Notes: generated by a model from the sequence alone, not told the origin. 64,000 nucleotides of DNA from Bacteroidia bacterium (GCA_002749065.1 PDTX01000003.1:15898-79897); one strand, 5' to 3'. Positions 52,491-62,346 are shown, numbered from the stretch's first letter. Numbers and translations: made by a program.

Positions 52491-53666
52491 ATGGCATCAT
52501 CGCGCTACATGCAGCGTGGCGTTTCGTCCCAGAAGGAGGATGTGCACGCCGCGATATCCCGGCTCGATAAGGGCCTCTTCCCCAAGGCTTTCTGCAAGAT
52601 TAGCCCCGACATCCTGGGAGGGGATGAGGACTACTGCGTGATCATGCATGCGGATGGGGCGGGGACGAAATCCTCGCTGGCCTACGCGTACTGGCGCGAG
52701 ACGGGCGACCTGTCCGTGTGGCGGGGGATAGCCCAGGATGCCATCGTCATGAACCTGGACGACCTCCTGTGCGTGGGGGTGACCGACGACATTCTGCTCT
52801 CCTCGACGATAGGGCGCAACAAGCGGCTCGTGCCCGGCGAGGTCATCAGCGCCATCATTGAGGGCACGGAGGAGGTCTGCGCCATGCTGCGGAGCCACGG
52901 GGTGAACATCCGGCTGACAGGGGGCGAGACGGCCGATGTGGGCGACCTGGTGCGCACCGTAATCGTGGACAGCACCGTGGTGGCCCGCCTGCCGAGACGG
53001 GAGGTCATCTCCAACGACAGGATAGCCCCCGGCGATGTGATTGTGGGGCTAAGCTCCTTTGGCCAAGCGAGCTACGAGACGGAGTACAACGGCGGGATGG
53101 GGAGCAATGGCCTCACGTCCGCCCGCCACGACGTGTTCTCCAAGCTGGTGGCCGAGCGCTTCCCGGAGACCTACGACGGGGGGATAGACCCCGAGCTGGT
53201 CTACAGCGGCTCGCTGGGGCTGACGGATGCCGTGGAGGGCAGCCCGCTGGATGCGGGGCGGCTGGTGCTCAGCCCGACGCGCACCTACGCGCCGGTAATC
53301 CGTGAGGTCCTCGCGCAGCTCGGGCAACGTGTACACGGCCTGGTGCACTGCTCCGGCGGGGCGCAGACGAAGGTGTTGCACTTCGTGGAGGGGCTGCGCG
53401 TGGTGAAGGATGCGCTCTTCCCCACGCCCCCGCTCTTCCGGCTCATTCAGCGGGAGTCGGGTACGGATTGGCGGGAGATGTATCAGGTCTTCAACATGGG
53501 CCACCGGATGGAGGTCTACCTCCCCGAGGAGCACGCGCAGACGGTGGTGGATATCGCCCAGGGCTACGGGGTGGATGCCCGGGTGGTGGGGCGATGCGAG
53601 GCGAAGGAGGGTAGGGCAGAGGTGCTGATTGTCTCGCCGCACGGGGAGTTCCGCTACGGGGGGTAG
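52491..53666 (+). CDS. purM: AIR synthase (phosphoribosylformylglycinamidine cyclo-ligase), Bacteroidetes type
   Basis: HADGAGTKS, MNLDDLLCVG, GGETADVGD, SNGLT and FNMGHR motifs. Confidence 0.92.
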   Translation: MASSRYMQRGVSSQKEDVHAAISRLDKGLFPKAFCKISPDILGGDEDYCVIMHADGAGTKSSLAYAYWRETGDLSVWRGIAQDAIVMNLDDLLCVGVTDDILLSSTIGRNKRLVPGEVISAIIEGTEEVCAMLRSHGVNIRLTGGETADVGDLVRTVIVDSTVVARLPRREVISNDRIAPGDVIVGLSSFGQASYETEYNGGMGSNGLTSARHDVFSKLVAERFPETYDGGIDPELVYSGSLGLTDAVEGSPLDAGRLVLSPTRTYAPVIREVLAQLGQRVHGLVHCSGGAQTKVLHFVEGLRVVKDALFPTPPLFRLIQRESGTDWREMYQVFNMGHRMEVYLPEEHAQTVVDIAQGYGVDARVVGRCEAKEGRAEVLIVSPHGEFRYGG

Positions 53667-53720
53667 CCGGTAGAGGCCAGAGCCAGAGTTTTGGTTTCCC
53701 TTTTTGGGTGGCTTCTCGGT

Positions 53721-53764
53721 TTTACGAGCTGCATCTAGTAAATTTACGAGCCGTATCTAGTAAA
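53721..53764. repeat. Two tandem 22-bp imperfect palindromes (operator-like)
   Basis: TTTACGAGCTGCATCTAGTAAA followed by TTTACGAGCCGTATCTAGTAAA; -7 box TACCTTCG at 53781. Confidence 0.85.
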
Positions 53765-53815
53765 ATCTGCACGAAAGGGCTACCTTCGCGCCATTGGCTT
53801 GCTTAGCAATGGATT

Positions 53816-55000
53816 ATGGAGTATAGCAGACCGCAGCTTCGGGAGCTGAAGGAGCGTATTCTGGCCCCGCGGCGGCAGCTGCAGATGCTGGTGGGGCCTC
53901 GGCAGGTGGGGAAGACGACCATGGTGGGCCAGCTGCTCAGGGGGCTGTCGATGCCAGTTGTGTCCGTCTCGGCCGATGGCGTGCTGACCGACGGGCGGGC
54001 GTGGATATCGCAGGTGTGGAGCAATGTGCGGCGTTTGCTGGCCGAGGGGGCGGGGGAGGCGCTGCTGGTGATAGACGAGGTGCAGAAGGTGGACCAGTGG
54101 AGCTCGGTGGTCAAGGCGGAGTGGGATGCCGATACGCGCGATGGCCTCGGCCTGAAGGTTCTGCTCCTGGGCTCGTCGACCCTGCTGATTGATAGGGGCT
54201 TGAGCGAATCCCTCATGGGTCGTTTCCGCCTCATGAGGCTGGGCCACTGGTCGTACAGGGAGATGGCCGATGCCTTCGGCTGGTCGCTGGAGCAGTACGT
54301 CTACTTCGGCGGCTATCCGGGTTCGGCGGGCTTCATCGACCGTGAGGACGATTGGTACGACTACGTTCTGCACTCGCTCGTCGAGCCGACAATCTCGCTC
54401 GATGTCCTCATGATGTCCCAGGTCAACAAGCCCATGCTGCTCCGCCGCGCCTTCGAGCTGGGCTGCGCCTACTCCGGGCAGCTGCTCTCCTACACCAAGA
54501 TGCTCGGGCAGCTTCAGGATAAGGGCAACACGACCACCCTCTCGCACTACCTCAAGCTGCTGGACGAGGCGGGCCTGCTGGGGGCGCTGGAGAAGTACGC
54601 GGGGGAAGAGCTGCGACGGCGGGCCTCCATCCCGAAGTTTCAGGTATACAACAGCGCGCTGCTCGCGGCGCAGGGGCATGGGTCGTTCCAGTCGGCGCGG
54701 CTGGATGGTAGGGAGTGGGGGCGGCGCGTCGAGTCGGCCGTTGGTGCGCACCTGCTCAACCAGTGCATGGGGGGCGCGCTGCGGCTCTACTACTGGCGGG
54801 ATGGGGGGCAGGAGGTGGACTTCGTGCTGGAGCACCGTGGGCGGGTGGTGGCCCTCGAGGTGAAGTCGAACGCCGCCGGGATGAAGCGTGGGATGGAGGC
54901 TTTTGTGCGGCGATTTAGCCCCCACCGAACGTACCTTGTGGGTGAGGCTGGCTTGCCGCTGGGGGATTTCCTCAGCATGGATGCGCGGGGGCTATTCTAG
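53816..55000 (+). CDS. AAA+ ATPase with DUF4143 (COG1373)
   Basis: GPRQVGKT, VIDEVQ, LGSS and GGYP motifs; C-terminal EVDFV...LEVK of PD-(D/E)XK type. Confidence 0.92.
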   Translation: MEYSRPQLRELKERILAPRRQLQMLVGPRQVGKTTMVGQLLRGLSMPVVSVSADGVLTDGRAWISQVWSNVRRLLAEGAGEALLVIDEVQKVDQWSSVVKAEWDADTRDGLGLKVLLLGSSTLLIDRGLSESLMGRFRLMRLGHWSYREMADAFGWSLEQYVYFGGYPGSAGFIDREDDWYDYVLHSLVEPTISLDVLMMSQVNKPMLLRRAFELGCAYSGQLLSYTKMLGQLQDKGNTTTLSHYLKLLDEAGLLGALEKYAGEELRRRASIPKFQVYNSALLAAQGHGSFQSARLDGREWGRRVESAVGAHLLNQCMGGALRLYYWRDGGQEVDFVLEHRGRVVALEVKSNAAGMKRGMEAFVRRFSPHRTYLVGEAGLPLGDFLSMDARGLF

Positions 55001-55008
55001 GCCTCGGG

Positions 55009-58000
55009 TCAGCCTATCTCCGCCATCAGCCGTATCGTTTCGCCCAGCGCGTGCACGATGCGCGCGTAGTGCTCGATGTCGTCGAAGGACAGGCATCGGG
55101 GTGGCTCGCCCTTCTTTGCCTTGCGGTCCTTGAGCCACTTCTGCGCGGGCTGGTAGCCGCCGATGTAGAGCTCCCAGACCGCCTTCGGCACGCCCTCGAA
55201 GTGCTGGGTGTCGTTGATGTAGACCCGGCCGTCGGCCCAGCGTATTGCTTCCACCGCGCAGTCGCCCTCCACGGGGAAAGTGCATGCCAGTGGCCACGAC
55301 TGGGCGTTCTCCATGAGGTGCAGCGCGCGTAGCTGCCCGCCGAGGGTTACCAGCCGCAGGTACTCTTTCCTATCGGTGGGGTAGGGGATGCGCGGGAAGT
55401 CTATCTTGAGGAATTCCTTGTACCGCTCGCGGTAAGTGAGTGAGTGGAGCGTGGCGTAGATGTAGTCAAAGAGCTGGAGGGGCTCGACCATTTCGTCGAG
55501 GGCCTGTTCGATTTTGGATAGCTCGGCGGGATTGAGGTTGGGGACGAGGCGGTGGGGGGAGGGGGTTGCTTCTGACATGCTGAGCTCCAGCGCGGAGGTG
55601 GATTCGAGGTGGTAGAGGGGGAAGGCGTAGTCACCGCCCTGCGTGCCCGGGCTAGACCAGCTTCTGAAGTCGATGATATTCCTCGACACGAAGCAGGGTG
55701 CGGATGCATCTTTTGGATGACCGAGCTTGCATATCAGGGCCAAATTCTGAGGATGTGACAGGTGAAAAAAATTTTCGAATCGTGGCCTGGCCACGATTCC
55801 GTTTGTAGTACCTGTGTAGTAGAGGAATTTCGTGTCGAAGGGGCGGTAGCCTATTGGTCGGATGAGCTCGGGCTTTAGGGTCTGGCCTACATCTGCCTTT
55901 GCCCGGGCGATGGACCAGTCGCGGGTGTCCGTCAGGCCATACTTGGTCCGCAGTTCCTCCTCTGGTAGGGCGATGAGGTCCCTGATGCGCCTCTCTACCT
56001 GCTTGGGACTATCGCAGATGAGGAAGGCATCCTTCGTGGTGACTATGCCGACTGAGCTTTGTGGTATTAGCTCGTTGATGGCGAAGCTCGCCTGGTATTC
56101 CTCCTCCAGCTCGAAATCCTTGGGCACGAAGAAGTACTGCGGGGCCCTGGGCTGCAGCTCCTGCCATGGCACGCTGCCCAGGCTACCCGCATCTAGGTAA
56201 GCAAACTTATCCTCCCTCGTGCCGAGTAGCTCGTGGTGGAATACGCAGCCCATTCCTTTCCCTTTTGTTCCAGAGCTCACGAAGATGCCGATGCTCACCC
56301 CCTGCATGATGTCGAAGACGTTCTCATCCTTGCCACCGTCGCGGGTGGTCTCCCTCTTGCGGGCGTTGCCGTGGAGGTCGAGGAGGTAGATCGTGTCGAA
56401 GGTCCGGAGCAGCTGCCATCGCATGCCGCGGAAGGTGGGGTTGTCGAGGTAGCCGTGGGGGGTGATGAAGGCCAGCACGCCGCCCTCGGGGTTGCGCTCA
56501 ATGTAGTGCTGGCCCATGCGGATGAACTTCACGTAGTCGTCATTGAGCCACTTGGGGTTGCGCTCGTCGAGCTTCCGCAGGCCGCCCGGCTCGGTCTTGT
56601 AGCTCTGCATTAGGTCCATTATCCATTGGCTCTTGTTGGTGCTCGCGCCGTTGTAGGGCGGGTTGCCGAGCATGACCATGACGGGAGCGATGCGCTTGAT
56701 GGCATTGGCGGCGTTGGCCTCGCGCGAGAGCCAGGAGGCGAAGAGGTTGCGCGTGTCTGGATGCTCGTTCTCCAACGCATCGGTGAGGTAGATGCGGATG
56801 CGGGGTGTCTGGTCAGGGGGCGGGGTGTAGCCCGTGTTGCGGAGCTGGCTCTCGAGATTGAGGTGCGCAATGGCATAGGGGGCCATGAGCAGCTCGAAGC
56901 CGTAGAGGCGGGGGAGGAGGTGTTGTTCTACGTAGCCCTGCCATGCGCCCTTGTTGCTCTTGAACTTGGTGTGAATCTGGCGCACGACTTCGGCCAGGAA
57001 GGTGCCCGTGCCGGTGGCTGGGTCAAGTATTTGCACGCGGTGGTGGGGGGCGGTGGCCGTGGAGCTGTCAGCCAGGCCCTTGGCCAGCCCGAAGTCACGG
57101 ATGAGGATTTCATCCACGGCCCGCACGATGAAGCTGACTACAGATTGAGGGGTATACCATACGCCCTTCGTCTTGCGTAGGTCAGGGTCGTATGCAGTCA
57201 GGAAGTCCTCGTAGAAGTGGATGATGGGGTCGTGGGTCTCGTCGTGCATGACGGCCTGGGTATCCACATAGTTGAAGGTGGTGGCTAGGTCGTCGACTAT
57301 CCACGCATAGCGGGGGTCGAGGTCGAAGGTGGCAATGGTCTGGAATACCTGTCGAAGGAAGGGATTGGACTGGGGGATTAGGGTGGCGGCGTTTTGCCGG
57401 GTGAATTGGTCCCCCGTGCTGTCGTTAATCCGTGCGGCGAAGAGGCCGTAGGTAATGGTCTGGGCGTAGAGGTCGGCGAAGGCGTTCGGGCTGAGGTCGT
57501 GGATGAGCACGTGGCGGAAGGCCTTGAACTGGTCCACGATGGGAACATTGGTTTCCTCACTCAATGCATCCAGCGGCGACTCCTCCGCCTCTTCATCGAG
57601 TTCGTAGCCGGCGAGAATGCGGTCGATGGTCTGGGCTAGCAACCGCGCCTTCCCGGCCATGATCTGGGCCAGCTGCTGTGCGGAGGCGATGCCCTGGGGC
57701 TGGGCGATGCGGATGTGGCCCACCACCAGCTCCATGAACTTCCCCTCGTTCTCCTTGATGTGTACGATTTTGCCCCCTTTGAGCTCCCCGATGCGCACGC
57801 TGTCGACGAATTCGCCCCCCTGGTAGACGTGGAAGTCGAGGTAGTCGGTGAATATCAGGTTCTCGAGCGCCTCTTTGTACCTATCGAATTGCTCCCGGTT
57901 GGCCCTCCGGCCATCGAGGTCGGGGTCGCCGATGTCCTTGGCCTCGATGAAGGCCACGGTGAGCTTGCTGCCCCTCGCGCTGATGATGTAGTCGGGCGCG

Positions 58001-58152
58001 CCGCAGGCGATGCGCTTGGGCTCGTTGGTGGTGCTGTGGCCGGGGAGTAGGGCGGTGAGCAGGCCCTGTAGGTGAGGTCGGTAGGAGTGCTCGGTGGCCT
58101 TGCCCTGCTGGAGGGTGGCGTTGAGCTGCTGGATGTATTCCTTGATGGTCAT
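55009..58152 (-). CDS. Single-chain restriction-modification enzyme (Type ISP-like C-terminus / Type IIG), amino-methyltransferase
   Basis: GAPDY...IEAK nuclease motif; GVWYTP, LDPATGTGTF and GNPPY; YRPFD, DFPRIP and IGGYQ..KWLKDRK; no helicase motifs. Confidence 0.88.
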   Translation of the reverse strand: MTIKEYIQQLNATLQQGKATEHSYRPHLQGLLTALLPGHSTTNEPKRIACGAPDYIISARGSKLTVAFIEAKDIGDPDLDGRRANREQFDRYKEALENLIFTDYLDFHVYQGGEFVDSVRIGELKGGKIVHIKENEGKFMELVVGHIRIAQPQGIASAQQLAQIMAGKARLLAQTIDRILAGYELDEEAEESPLDALSEETNVPIVDQFKAFRHVLIHDLSPNAFADLYAQTITYGLFAARINDSTGDQFTRQNAATLIPQSNPFLRQVFQTIATFDLDPRYAWIVDDLATTFNYVDTQAVMHDETHDPIIHFYEDFLTAYDPDLRKTKGVWYTPQSVVSFIVRAVDEILIRDFGLAKGLADSSTATAPHHRVQILDPATGTGTFLAEVVRQIHTKFKSNKGAWQGYVEQHLLPRLYGFELLMAPYAIAHLNLESQLRNTGYTPPPDQTPRIRIYLTDALENEHPDTRNLFASWLSREANAANAIKRIAPVMVMLGNPPYNGASTNKSQWIMDLMQSYKTEPGGLRKLDERNPKWLNDDYVKFIRMGQHYIERNPEGGVLAFITPHGYLDNPTFRGMRWQLLRTFDTIYLLDLHGNARKRETTRDGGKDENVFDIMQGVSIGIFVSSGTKGKGMGCVFHHELLGTREDKFAYLDAGSLGSVPWQELQPRAPQYFFVPKDFELEEEYQASFAINELIPQSSVGIVTTKDAFLICDSPKQVERRIRDLIALPEEELRTKYGLTDTRDWSIARAKADVGQTLKPELIRPIGYRPFDTKFLYYTGTTNGIVARPRFENFFHLSHPQNLALICKLGHPKDASAPCFVSRNIIDFRSWSSPGTQGGDYAFPLYHLESTSALELSMSEATPSPHRLVPNLNPAELSKIEQALDEMVEPLQLFDYIYATLHSLTYRERYKEFLKIDFPRIPYPTDRKEYLRLVTLGGQLRALHLMENAQSWPLACTFPVEGDCAVEAIRWADGRVYINDTQHFEGVPKAVWELYIGGYQPAQKWLKDRKAKKGEPPRCLSFDDIEHYARIVHALGETIRLMAEIG

Positions 58153-58244
58153 GCGGCGCTTGCTTTTCGGGCGTAAAGGTAGGGAAAAAGGGGCTACGTG
58201 GAATGCCCCACATAGCCCCTCCAATTCTGGTCTATGGCCGATGC

Positions 58245-60167
58245 CTAGTGGTACCGGCCCATCTTCAGCATGGCGATCTCATCCTCCTCCAGGAAGCGCC
58301 ACTCCCCGCGGGGGAGGTTCTTCTTGGTCAGCCCGGCGTAGTACACCCGGTCGAGCTTCACCACCTTGTAGTCCAGCGCCTCGAAGAGCCGACGGACCAC
58401 CCGGTTCTGCCCGGAGTGCAGCTCCACGCCCACCACCGACTTGTCCTCGGGTCGGGTGTAGTCGATGCTATCCACCCTCACCACGCCCACCTCGGTCTCG
58501 ATGCCCTCCAGGAGCCGCGCCATGTCGTCCTGGGTCACGTTCCTGTCCAGCCCCACCTCGTAGATCTTGCTCTTGGCGTAGGAGGGGTGGGTGAGCTGCT
58601 CGGTGAGCTCCCCGTCGTTGGTCATGAGCAGCAGGCCGGTGGTGTTGCGGTCTAGCCGACCGACGGGGTACACCCGCTCGGAGCATGCCCCCTCGATGAT
58701 GTCGAGCACGGTGCGCCCGGCGTTCGGATCCTCCAGGGTGCAGAAGCAGTCCTTGGGCTTGTTCATCAGGATGTACACCTTGCGCTCCCGCTTCAGCACC
58801 TCCCCCTTGAAGGTGATTTCCTGCTCGGCCGGGGTGACCTTCGTGCCGAGGGTGGTGACCACCTGCCCGTCGACCATCACCTCGCCCTGCTCTATGAGTA
58901 GGTCGGCGTCCCGCCGCGCGCATACCCCGCAGTGGGCTATGTAGCGGTTGAGGCGCATGGGCTTCGTGGGGTCAAATACGGCCACGGGTTGCTCCTGCTT
59001 CTTCCTGCGGGGCCTGCGGTCATCCCGACGGTCGAAGCGGTCATCGGAGCGTTCGAAGCGCCCCGCCCCGCGGCGTGAAAAGCGGTTGTCCCTCCTGTCG
59101 TCCCTTCCGTACCTGCTCTCCCTTCTATCGTCCCTTCCGTACCTACTTTCCCTCCTATCATCCCTACTTTCCCTCCTATCATCCCTTCCGAACCGACTTT
59201 CCCTTCTGTCGTCCCTTCCATACCTGCTTTCCCTTCTATCGTCCCTTCCGTACCGGCTTTCCCTTCTATCGTCCCTTCCGTACCGGCTTTCCCTTCTGTC
59301 GTCCCTTCCGAACCGGCTCTCCCTTCTGTCGTCCCTTCCGTATCGGCTCTCCCTCCTATCGTCCCTTCCATACCTGCTCTCCCTTCTATCGTCCCTTCCG
59401 TATCGGCTCTCCCTCCTATCGTCCCTTCCATACCTGCTCTCCCTCCTGTCGTCGCTTCCGTATCGGCTCTCCCTCCTGTCGTCCCTTCCGTACCTGCTCT
59501 CCCTCCTGTCATCGCTTCCGAACCTGCTTTCCCTTCTGTCGTCCCTTCCATACCTGCTCTCCCTTCTATCGTCGCTTCCGAACCTGCTCTCCCTCCTGTC
59601 GTCCCTTCCGAACCTGCTCTCCCTTCTATCATCGCTTCCATACCTGCTTTCCCTTCTGTCATCGCTTCCGTACCTGCTCTCCCTCCTGTCATCGCTTCCG
59701 AACCGGCTCTCCCTTCTATCGTCCCTTCCGAACCGGCTTTCCCTCCTGTCGTCCCTTCCATACCGACTTTCCCTTCTATCGTCCCTTTCGAACCGGCTCT
59801 CCCTCCTGTCGTCCCGCCTATCATCCCGACGCTCAGGCCGCCGTCCCCCCATCATCCGCTCCTCCTCGCTATCGTAGGGTTGCTGCGGCTCGGGTTCGGG
59901 CGTCGCGGGCTGCACGTAGTTGAACTCCCGTTTAGCTGTCCGTGGGCGGTAGCTGCCCGACTCCTCACGGCGGGCAGGGCGCTCCGCGTACTCGCGTCGC
60001 TCCTCCCTTTCGTCCTGCGCCCTCTCCTCTCGGGGGGCCATCGTAGCGCGCCGGGTGCGCGGCATGTACTGCCGGGCTGGCTCCTCGCTACGGCCACGTC
60101 CGCTTCGGCCATCCTCCCGACGGTCACCGCGGCTCCTTCTGCTCATTCTGTCTTCCATGTAGTCCAA
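58245..60167 (-). CDS. rRNA pseudouridine synthase (RluB/RluF/RsuA family) with long repetitive N-terminus
   Basis: S4 domain MRLNRYIA..G...RR.AD; MNKPK, YPVGRLDRNTTGLLL and GQNRVVRR motifs. Confidence 0.95.
   Translation of the reverse strand: MDYMEDRMSRRSRGDRREDGRSGRGRSEEPARQYMPRTRRATMAPREERAQDEREERREYAERPARREESGSYRPRTAKREFNYVQPATPEPEPQQPYDSEEERMMGGRRPERRDDRRDDRRESRFERDDRRESRYGRDDRRESRFGRDDRRESRFGSDDRRESRYGSDDRRESRYGSDDRRESRFGRDDRRESRFGSDDRRESRYGRDDRRESRFGSDDRRESRYGRDDRRESRYGSDDRRESRYGRDDRRESRYGRDDRRESRYGRDDRRESRYGRDDRRESRFGRDDRRESRYGRDDRRESRYGRDDRRESRYGRDDRRESRFGRDDRRESRDDRRESRYGRDDRRESRYGRDDRRDNRFSRRGAGRFERSDDRFDRRDDRRPRRKKQEQPVAVFDPTKPMRLNRYIAHCGVCARRDADLLIEQGEVMVDGQVVTTLGTKVTPAEQEITFKGEVLKRERKVYILMNKPKDCFCTLEDPNAGRTVLDIIEGACSERVYPVGRLDRNTTGLLLMTNDGELTEQLTHPSYAKSKIYEVGLDRNVTQDDMARLLEGIETEVGVVRVDSIDYTRPEDKSVVGVELHSGQNRVVRRLFEALDYKVVKLDRVYYAGLTKKNLPRGEWRFLEEDEIAMLKMGRYH
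59097..59807 (-). repeat. 24 tandem coding repeats (23 x 30 bp plus one 21-bp unit) encoding RRESR(Y/F)G(R/S)DD
   Basis: Counted from the translation and the DNA. Confidence 0.97.
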
Positions 60168-60319
60168 ATTTCTCTTCTGTTACTTGCTATAGAACTGTTG
60201 TAGCATTTGTTAATCCGCGGCAAAGGTACTAACTTTCGCCCACAATCCCGTACCACGAGGGGCTTCGCCCGGGCGTGGCCCACCGTGGATGGTCAAAACA
60301 AGCTAAAAATCTCTGGAGA

Positions 60320-61180
60320 ATGCAGCACGCTAAAACGCCCACAGTGGCGCTGGTGTACGACTTCGACGGCACCCTCTCGCCCAAGAACATGCAGGAGTAC
60401 GACTACCTCAAGGCCATCGGCGTGGCCAGCTCGGAGGACTTCTGGGACAAGTGCGCCCGCATGGTCCAGCAGTACAACGCCAGCAACATACTCTGCTACA
60501 TGAAGCTCATGCTCGACAAGGCCCGGGCCGAGGGCGTGAGCCTCAAGCGCGAGCAGTTCCGCGCCTTCGGCGCGTCGGTGGAGCTCTACCCCGGCGTGCT
60601 CGAGTGGTTCGGCCACATCAACAGCCTGGGCCAGGAGCTCGGCCTGCGCATCGAGCACTACATCAACTCCTCCGGCCTGGCCGAGATGATAGAGGGCACT
60701 CCCATCGCCCAGCACTTCCGCCAGATATACGCCTGCTCCTTCATGTACATCGACGGGGTGGCCCAGTGGCCCGCCGTGGCCGTCGACTTCACCACCAAGA
60801 CCCAGTTCCTCTTCATGATTAACAAGGGGATTGAGCGCGTATCCGAGAACCGCCGGGTCAACGACTACCTCGCCGAGGCCCACCGGCCCGTCCCCTTCAA
60901 GCACATGATATACTTCGGCGACGGGGAGACCGACATCCCCTGCATGCGCCTGGTCAAGCAGCAGGGCGGGAACTCCATCGCCGTCTACGCCCCCGGCAAC
61001 CACGCCAAGCAGCAGGCCGCCCGCGGGCTCATGCGCGACGACCGGGTGAACTTCGCCTCACCGGCCGACTACTCCCAGAACGGGCAGCTCTACTGCATCG
61101 TGCACGCCATACTCCAGAAGATAAAATTCGGCCATGAGTTCGACACCCTCCAGCGGGAGAACCGCCAGGAGTACTCCTAA
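60320..61180 (+). CDS. HAD-superfamily hydrolase
   Basis: YDFDGTL, INSSG and YFGDGETDIP motifs. Confidence 0.9.
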   Translation: MQHAKTPTVALVYDFDGTLSPKNMQEYDYLKAIGVASSEDFWDKCARMVQQYNASNILCYMKLMLDKARAEGVSLKREQFRAFGASVELYPGVLEWFGHINSLGQELGLRIEHYINSSGLAEMIEGTPIAQHFRQIYACSFMYIDGVAQWPAVAVDFTTKTQFLFMINKGIERVSENRRVNDYLAEAHRPVPFKHMIYFGDGETDIPCMRLVKQQGGNSIAVYAPGNHAKQQAARGLMRDDRVNFASPADYSQNGQLYCIVHAILQKIKFGHEFDTLQRENRQEYS

Positions 61181-61211
61181 ACCCCCTCACCCCAAACGGA
61201 CACCCCACGCC

Positions 61212-61643
61212 ATGAGGAGACTGCTATGCCTACTCGCCCTGCTGCCCATGCTCCAGGCCGCGCGCGTCGCCGAACCCCCCTTCGCGCAGACGACTTCGTC
61301 GACAATATCGCCGAGGTGCAGCACGCGCTGCATGGCCCGCTGAGCCCTTGGTGAACCTCCTGTCGATAGCCCCCTAGGGGCGCTGGAGGTGTACCGCGCT
61401 GCGCACGTGGCCCGGAGCATCCCGCCCCGGGAGATGGCTCGTCGGGCCCATGCCCATCAGGCGGGCGGGATGCTGCTCTCGGCCCGTCGGCTCAACGGCG
61501 GCACGTGGGAGGTAACCCAGAACGGCTACTACAGCATCTACCGCTTCGTGTACGACCCACGGTCAGGTGCGTGCTGCGCGTGGAGGTATGGAAGAGGCGG
61601 GAGTGACTATTGCTTCTATATCTACCGGACATGCCCTATGTAA
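61212..61643 (+). pseudogene. Small lipoprotein-like gene with two compensating frameshifts
   Basis: Signal-like MRRLLCLLALLPMLQA; the segment ~61260-61346 is protein-like only in a shifted frame; TGA at 61341. Confidence 0.5.
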
Positions 61644-61746
61644 CGCATAGCCGGTAGGGATTGTCACATGGTATTCTGTGGAGGGCTCCACTCTGTTGAA
61701 ATCGATGCCTATGGCTGGTCTGGTGCAGGACATTATGGAGGGAGGC

Positions 61747-62346
61747 TTATTCCGTGGATTTCTCACCTAGATTAATGCCGATAGCCTTAGCAAAATCTCT
61801 GAGCTCTTCGTCATTGTTTAGCGTATCCATCCCTTCGATTTTCTCTTTAAAATCAGCGGCATCTGCTTCAGCGGCATTGACTACGGAGATATAAAATTCC
61901 GCATTGGCTAGTATGAGTTTACGGCATCTATCATCATCTACCACTTTCCCAAGAATTCGTCTTGTGAATTTTTTAGCATTTTCGTCTACAACACCCCATT
62001 GCCTAAACAGTGATTCGAAGAGCAGAAACTCCTCTTCGCTTATGTTCTTATTGTTCTCATTGCTACAATAGTGGTCTATGATATCTTTTAGAGTGGGAGT
62101 CCAATCTTCATTTCCTGCCTTATGGAACAGCTTGAACTGGAACGACCCCATGCTCGGTACTTCTATCTTGTCCTCAGCAATTTCTTGTAGTTTTAATTTT
62201 AGTGTATTTTTTAGTGATTTAGTCGGTTCCATTAGATTATTTTGAAGGTATATAGCTAGCATTTCGTATATGTAGGAACTATCTTCTTGTCCTTCTCTGT
62301 ATCCGCCGTATTCTTTGTTCCATTTCTTCTCATCTTGTGATTTTAG
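61747..62346 (-). pseudogene. 3' remnant of a low-GC gene truncated by an IS
   Basis: AT-rich; frame stays open upstream of Met 62262 until the IS end at 62347. Confidence 0.65.

Noticed and set aside
59097-59807. CRISPR array
   Set aside because: Units abut with no unique spacers, keep the reading frame of a CDS, and no cas genes are present
58937-59923. Alternative-frame repeat ORFs (LSLLSSLPY, CRPFRT and GTEGTT repeats)
   Set aside because: Shadow frames of a stop-free repeat; only one frame joins the S4 and catalytic domains
61341-61343. In-frame TGA as selenocysteine or readthrough
   Set aside because: No SECIS-like hairpin recognised; compensating frameshifts fit the codon usage better
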